In this document: in pieces, positions 56,501 to 64,000 of the stretch
How positions within the stretch are numbered: position 1 is the first letter of the stretch
Layout: every line of letters starts with the position of its first letter
Origin: Podarcis filfolensis
Lineage: Eukaryota
Direction: 5' to 3' (one strand)
Assembly: GCA_964270895.1 (NCBI GenBank)
Contig: OZ185436.1
Length of the DNA: 64,000 nt
Translations under genes and position numbers: made by a program
Notes under the pieces: generated by a model
Database searches by the model: none
Told to the model about the DNA's origin: nothing
Seen by the model: the letters and a program-made list of their open reading frames with translations, nothing else

Positions 56501-59500
56501 CTTTCAAGCGGTACAAAGAAAAAGGCTAGAGTGAGGGTCACAGAGGACTGTGGCATGTATTAAGCAGCACCTATTTCTTAAAATTAGAGGTGATGGGGCC
56601 CAGGCTCTCCTGGAAGTCCTTCCTCCTAGCCTATGATGTGTAACGGCTGATAATTATTACTTAGTAGTAAAGGAAAACTCTTTCCACGTGATCATGTCTT
56701 TACTTATATTTCACATGTCCCAAAGCTGGCTGGCCCTGGTAAAAGCTTGTGAGCTAAACACCTGGTGAGTTTTGCTCAAATGAAGTCAAACTTTAAGATG
56801 CCTAAAGAAGAACCATGGAGAAGCAAAAAGATAATGAAAAGAGGGAGTACCATTTTCGCTTTGCCCAGGAACACTGTTAACAAATGGGCAAAATCTACCA
56901 TTCGGAAGTAGGCTGGGCATAGCAGGTTTCCCTTCCTGGCTCAATGTATACAACAGAACGTTGTCTAGGAGGGCTTTGCAGCTTGTCCACTTGACCTATG
57001 GGTCCTTGGTTTAGCTTGTCTCATATTTTGATAGCCTTATACTAGAATGTGGCAGTACATTCTCCCTAGACAAATACAACTCTGGGTTTTCCTGAAAGTC
57101 CCAGAACTTTCTATCTGCCATCTTGATGTAAATCCAAACTCTACCGTATTTGCAGGGACTAATGAAATGAGGGGTGGGAAGCTGCATGAAACTAAATAAT
57201 GGTGAAATTGCACAAAGGGAGAAGCATACGTCTGGGGAACAGTCAGAAGCTACAGTGCCACAGGTGAGTAATTAATACAGAAATCATATGTGATGAAAGG
57301 AGGCGATCCAGGAGTCCCTTGCCACAGTGGGGAAATGTAGCAGATTCCATCTGGCTGGGATGAAGGTCAGTCCTGGATCTTGCTCTCCTCCTTCCAGGCA
57401 CCACAGGAGGAAGTGCCAGCCCCTGGCATTGCCCATTAATCGCTGCCTTTGTTTGCCTGCTTAACTCGGGCATCATGCGGGAGGGTGAAGGTTAGGGTGC
57501 GGCAGGCAACACACCCTTGCATAGCAAGCGTTTAAAAGCTCTCCCGGCCTTGGAGAGCTTGCATAACGAGGGCAGGGAGAAGGAGACAGGCAGCACAGCA
57601 TGCAAAGGAACTCTTCTGCCGCTTACCAATAAAAGTCAGAAATATCCGACTAGTGACGCCACATCAGGTCCTTTGCAGTTCTATAATACATCGCTATTTT
57701 TCTCATAATTTGGAACCATTTTTAATTGATTATAACTCCATTCAGCAGAAACCCCAGGCTAGATGTTCGTGACATGGAATCATAGATTTGTGGTTGGAAG
57801 GGACCCCGAGGGTCATCCATGCAGAAGTATAATTTACCTTTTCTGCATTTCTAATAAAACAAAAGCATTCAAAAGTCCCTATTCAAAGGGTCAATAGGGA
57901 CAAATGTAATTTCCTTAGAACCACATATAAACTGAGTACAAATAAAAGGTAAGGACTATGCATTTTCTGTATGACTAAGATTGTACTCTCTGGGTTTTGT
58001 TTTGAGCTGTACTTTATCTTGTAAAGCACAGGAATAAAAGATTACAGATCCACAGTGTGATACAATTGTAAAAAAAGTATTACAGGGCATCAAATAGTGC
58101 TTTGCGGGGGGGGGGGGTTGGGGGGAAGAGGAGTGGTTTTAGGCAGAGGGAGAAATTAGGGGCCAAAAGGGAGACTGGATGAAGCACTGATATAGTCTTT
58201 ATAATGTGTAGGGTTCACAGACTTTGCGATTTCAGGCTCCACTCGTCAAGGCTGTCTTGGTTTGGAGGTACATTTCTATAAATCAAGGCTAGTGCAACAG
58301 GCCAGGCTGAGGAAAACACTCCAAGAAACCCAGAGTGGAGTCTGAGTTTAAGGCCAAAACACAGATCATAACCAATAATACAGTCCAAAGTACATGAAGA
58401 ACTGGAACAAAGAAGGTGGGGCAAAGGAAATCAGGAACAGGAACAGAGGATGGAACAGCTCAAGGTAAGGATCCAGGAAGAGCTGCAACACCTACTAAAA
58501 AAGTTGGAGTCATTGAAATACTGCACTGTTGACCGAGAAGAACACACAAGGATTCTGCTTTTTTATATATAGTGTGCATAGCTATTTCACTCCTGAAGAG
58601 TCCTATGAACTGCCTATCAGAGGGAGTGATGTTTAGAATTCCTTTTTCCTGAAAGGGTCTTCCAACATCCTGGGCAAATCTAACCTTGGACAGCTCCTCA
58701 TGCTAGATCCCAGCCTTAGCTTTTGGGACCTTTCGTGCACCCTTGAATCCACTGAAACCTCTTTTCCACACAAGGGACAAGCTGGACCTGGGCAGATTAT
58801 GCAGCCGCACAACTGGTTGCTTGGTATTGTTGGCATGGAGATATTTGGGGGCGGGGGGGGGGAGGTGGATGAATGAAGTGGCATCATCATTTAACTGCAT
58901 TTTATATTTGTGCACTTTTGGAGATTACATCAGGTTTGGAAAAAATGTCTATCTGAACTTACCACATGAATGTGCTAGAGCTGTCTGTCTGAATGCACAA
59001 TCAATAAGGGCAGGAGGGAGCACAATTAAAATGATGAAATGTGGGTGGCTGAGTAGCGGTGCGGATCTGAGGAGGTTTGGTTAGTGGCAGCTTTCCAGGC
59101 AGTATGGGTTTCTCTTCTGTTTTCCTCTCAGGTTTTTAATAATGAGATTCTCAGAAGCAACCTATTTCAAATATTGCAATGTATGCTTGAATCAAATATC
59201 AACCCAACACTTTTATACCACCACACCCAAGTTACAAATTCCGTCTTCTCCCTGAGCTATCCAAAAGAAAGGCACAATTCCTCTCCCATTGCAGTCAGTG
59301 GCCAAAAACCCGCTGCTTTCAGACGAGCTGGACTCAATCCAATGCATGCAAGACAAAACCGCAGTTGAACTTTTTCTGCGTTAGTGACCGAGTATAGGTT
59401 AACTTGTCAACTTCATTTGTGTGCTAATCTGGCATTCAGTACATTAATTACATTGCTAAATTGCTCTTCATTAGGGCTTCAAGCCTTTAAAAATTACAAT

Positions 59501-60594
59501 CGATAGGAATGACTCTACAGTGCACTTAAGACGACAGCCTAAAAACTAACTATGCATTATATATTTTGTGATTGATTATGTTTCACCAGTAAGTCATTCC
59601 ACAGGGTGCTAGCTTTTCAGAGAATTGGAATTTGGTTCTTTATTTTGCCATTTGTACTCTGCTACATGGCTCCATTTAACCTATGGCCACCAAGATAAGG
59701 GTGCAGGTGGTACATTTGTACCAGGAGCAGAGCCAGAGGGTGGGGCCTGCAGCTGAGTTTTCTTTTCTTTTTAAAATTTAGCCTCTCAGCATTTTGGAAC
59801 AAACACTATGAAGCAAAATTTACAGGCACCATTCAAAACAACTGCACTATGAGGAAAAAGCCTGCTCTCATCTCTCAGTGTTTTTAGCCAATGGGTGAAG
59901 TCAGAGATGTGATTGACTAGTGATAGAGAGAAATTTAGAGTGATACAAGCCTGAATAAGGTCCAAAAATGACTTCAAAAATGACCCAGGACATCCATTAT
60001 CCAGACAATGGAGAAGACACTTCCTGGTTCATTCTGAAACTGTATTTTTCCATCTTCCCTGGTAGAGAAGTGACTGTTGCCCAGAAAAAAATAATTGAGA
60101 AATCCAAGAGTTAAATATAGCTGTGCATGTCCATCCAAAAACAAAAAAGCAGGAAAGAGAGCATGCCTTTTCACTCTTAAAAACTGTGTGTGCGCGCGCT
60201 TTCTGAGTAAACATTATTTTAAAATTACTCTGCTAGTGCAAATAAAAATAAAACCCATCATTAGTATATCTGTATGGCAGGACTGTGGCTATTATGGCTG
60301 AGAAAACATGGGTTATATCAGCCCTGCAAAGTAACCCAGTGCTGCTGTATTAATATTGCTGGGGCAGGGGTGATGAGAAAGAGAGCAGGATATGGCAACC
60401 CTGCAGTGTAGTCTAGTGTTGTTATCCTGTCTCTTGATATAATGGGTTTGTTTTCAATTCTAGGAAATGCAGGGGTTTTGTGGGGGAATAAGGTGATTGT
60501 AGGAACAACATGTTGGGTAGGGGTAGTTTGTTACTTTACAGCCATGGAGGGATTCCTGGGGATGGATTATTGATGCTGGTATAACACTAAAATA

Positions 60595-60828
60595 CAGTGG
60601 TACCTCGGGTTACAGACGCTTCAGGTTACAGACACTTCAGGTTACAGACTCCGCTAACCCAGAAATAATACCTCAGGTTAAGAACTTTGCTTCAGGATGA
60701 AAACAGAAATCGCGCAGGGGCGGCAACAAGAGGCCCCATTAGCTAAAGTGGTACCTCAGGTTAAGAACAGTTTCAGGTTAAGAACGGACCTCCAGAACGA
60801 ATTAAGTTCTTAACCCGAGGTACCACTG
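60595..60828. mobile_element. Tc1/mariner MITE
   Basis: CAGTGGTACCTC TIRs, TA on the left and TG (mutated TA) on the right. Confidence 0.9.
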
Positions 60829-61474
60829 TGGATATATTCATGTTAAAAACTTAAATCCTTTTTACTTAAAGGAAAAAGGGAGAGAGAAAAGAGTGGCTGT
60901 TTGACCTGTGCTGTAAACCCTAGTGTAGTGATTATGAGGTATAAAAATAATCACAACAAATGCTCTTAGAATACACTACATGCTTTTTGACAATTTAATC
61001 TGGAATTTATAGAAGCATGGGCACATGAACTTTTGATTACTGTAAATGTTAAATCTCTTTTAACCTCCCCTTGGCCTCTCCTAACTGCCATCAGAAGTAT
61101 ACCTGGTTTTGGACTGAATGTAGTATTGCCAGCCCAGTAACAATTGATGGGGAAAAGATACAATAACTTGAATTGTTTGCGTGCTTTAGGGTTTGCACTG
61201 GGGGAGCGCAGGGCTCTTCTGCATTTTAGAGCTGTGTGGCAGGCAGGAATCCAACAAGTTGTTTTTTTCTAGTATCAAAATAAAATGATGGGGAAAGTTT
61301 CACCTGATTACATTCTGTTTATCAGACATCTTTTCAGTTCCACATGGCCCCCTTTTTATTTTTGAGCTCTCCACCCCACTTGGAAAGGAGGATGCAAGCT
61401 GCCATACACAGGAAGCATGTGAAAATGTTATGCAAATTTGTATCCTCTTTCACAACTGGGCCAGAGGTCTCAAT

Positions 61475-61950
61475 CAGTGCCGGATTTACGTATAGACTAA
61501 ACAAGCTATAGCTGAGGGCCTTACTCTCTTGGGGGCCCCCCAAAAAAACTAAAGCAAAAACACTGGATTTACATTTCCAAAATATAAGATAAAAAACAAA
61601 TAAAATAAAACCTACATACAGCAACAGTGTTTTGTTTTGTGTTATGTAGGCTCCTATGATGTAAGTAATGGGCCCTGCCTGCTAGCCTGCTCCCTAAAAT
61701 ATCACTGGTTTGCTATTAATATACTTCTTCTTAATTGTATTTCAGTTCAACAATTACTTTGATAAAATACATATTTTGTTATGTGCAAATGGCTTTAGAT
61801 ACCTATTAGGTCCATAAATTACCATATAGCATATATTCAACATAAAAAACAGTGACAATTTGTTGTTGACAAAGGACAGCTGGACATATAAAGGGCCCAA
61901 TTACCTTCAGTAGCTTAGGGCTCATCAAACCTACCGTAAATCTGGCCCTG
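61475..61950. mobile_element. Non-autonomous hAT element
   Basis: CAGTGCCGG...CTGGCCCTG ends, TSD GTCTCAAT/GTCTGAAT. Confidence 0.85.
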
Positions 61951-63269
61951 GTCTGAATCCTCATCTAGTGTGCTTGGCCTAGAAAATGCTATTGGTATCC
62001 CTGACTGAGCCATTGGGATGGTTTACCATTACTCACTCAAACCTTTTTTCTATCGAAAAGTAGTGGTTCTTGGTATAGCCCACAATTATCCAAGGCACAA
62101 TTGAAAGGGATGACTCTGAACTTGAAAGCTGTAAAGTGGCTGGGCCTGAGTTAACTCAAGAACTCTTTATCCCTATAGGAACCATGCATATCTACTCAGA
62201 AGACAGACCCATTGAGTTCCATTGGCTTTACTATCAGGTAAACAGTCTGGTCCTACCCATTGAAATTAATGGGCATGACTAACTTCAAAAGCTGCAATGG
62301 ATCTCCTCTAAGCAGAACTCAGCTGGATACAACCCTAAGAATAGGACCACTCCTTTAGTTTGACCCTAAATATGTTTGCTCAAATGTAGGTCCTATTAAG
62401 TTCAATTAGACTAACTTCCATAAAAGTATGTGTATGGTTGTCTCCCAATCCTTAATGCAGTTGGTATAATAAACGCTATGGTTGTGTCCACACATTTAAA
62501 GAGCTCCCCCCGCCCCCGAATCCTGAGAACTGTAGTTTATACCAACAGAGCTACAATTCCCAGGATTCATTGGGGAAAGTTGTGCACTTTAAATGTATGG
62601 TATGCAGGATATCTATGGGAGAAGAAAAGGATGAGTAAACCCTACATAAATCTGGAGAGGAGTCCCTAAGACAGTTGGATGGCGCCTTGTATACTTCCTT
62701 CCAGCAACTCCTGCAGCCAAACTGGTGCAAAATGGATTGCTCTGCTTTCCTTTGGATCACATCAGTGAGGCCAAGACTGGGGTCCTGTTATCTGGGCAGT
62801 CCAGGACCTCCATACACACTGCCCAGGCTTGCACCCTGGGGGGGGGGGAGGTCACTTCAGTGCTTCTTATGCAATGGTTTGACTTCTCTTCCAGTGGTGC
62901 AGTCTATGTATCTCAGGACAGACAGATGCCTACAATACAGCCTAATAGACCCCCAACCCCCATTTAAATCTGTAGGATTCAAAGCATACATCATAAAAAC
63001 CAAATTCAGCTAGACTTTAATGTATGCCTGCATGCAGTTCAATCCTATGTTTGTTTACTCAGTAAACTCCACTTTGTATAGTTGGAGCTACTACAAAGTA
63101 AGCAGACAGAGGAACACGGCCTTAAGCAATCTCATACTGGCTTACTTGTGAGCGAGCCCCATTTGAGACTTCCTTCTGAAAACGGAAAACCACACATAGG
63201 AACAGATTAAAGCATTTGCAATCTCTGATAAAGGAATGAGACCATCCAGATTTTGGGAGGAGTTTGGTG

Positions 63270-63370
63270 TCAGGACTCTTGGGTTCTATTCCTGGGCCTA
63301 TTACTGATTCAGCATCTGAAGCTGAGTGACTCACTTCCCCACTGTGGCCTCAGCTTCCCCATCTGTGGAA
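63270..63370 (+). mobile_element. MIR/CORE-SINE fragment
   Basis: gggttctattcctgg...tcacttccccactgtggcctcagcttccccatctgt resembles the MIR core. Confidence 0.55.
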
Positions 63371-64000
63371 AGCCCTTTGGGATCATTGGATAGGAAGCAC
63401 TAAATATAACACCCACCTCCGCCCCCGCTGAATTATCCAAAGGAGGAAGGTGAAATAATCAGGACTGGGACAGCTCTGCCATCCAGAGAGGCACAGCAGG
63501 TGCCAATGAACTGCCGTATCAGAACCCTCAAAATTCTTCTACACAAAGAACAAAATCCAGAAGAAACTTTAAGTGACTACTGGAAATACCCATGTAGCTT
63601 TTTGACCCTGAAATAGCTTTCCTTTAACTTTACTGTAAGAGAGCATATCTTGTGAATATACTTCCCCCGTCGTATTTTTTTATATATATCTTGTCCCAAA
63701 TGACATTTTACCTCAGCTAGGATGAATCCCCAAGCGAGGATAGAACATTCCCTGATGATAACTGGAATATAACGCCGGCACCAGAACACAGAGAGGAACC
63801 TGAGCACTTTGATAGCGCTTTCCAGCCTAGGACTCAACAGGCAGGTCACTTTGGAACTCCAGACACACCCAACAGCAACCCATGCTCCACTCCAACCACA
63901 AGGGGGGCCAGGCACCCCACACATGTAAACTAGAGAAGGGGGCAGCAATGCTATACAGCTGAAATGCTGTGACTCACCCTTGGCTCTCACTCCTGCCCCC

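Noticed and set aside
63754-63803. TGATGA...CTGA, a C/D snoRNA-like box pair
   Set aside because: Box C lacks the leading purine, the spacing is short and there is no terminal stem.

Overview
Vertebrate genomic DNA, most likely a lacertid lizard (inferred from Sauria SINEs, L2/CR1/L1 fragments and the Tc1/hAT MITE families present). Four protein-coding genes can be fully reconstructed by hand with GT-AG introns and open frames: RTBDN (retbindin/riboflavin-binding-protein family, + strand, 5 coding exons, 263 aa), RNASEH2A (- strand, 8 exons, 300 aa), PRDX2 (+ strand, 5 coding exons, 198 aa) and single-coding-exon JUNB (- strand, 321 aa). Order and relative orientation match the human 19p13 RTBDN-RNASEH2A-PRDX2-JUNB block as I recall it. 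The rest is introns and intergenic DNA rich in transposon relics, plus several CpG-rich patches. I found no clear new multi-gene system. The strongest second-look items are: (1) a retbindin that keeps the full 18-Cys riboflavin-binding-protein pattern and both flavin-stacking aromatics, with a convertase-cleavable acidic Ser-Gly tail; (2) a Prdx2 lacking both mammalian phospho-off switch sites; (3) a CRE-CArG-CRE plus kB/STAT enhancer downstream of JUNB; (4) an orphan CpG-rich, promoter-like patch between convergent genes; (5) a cluster of degenerate hammerhead-like repeats; (6) a Tc1 excision footprint next to an inserted MITE. All motif calls were made by eye and no database searches were run.
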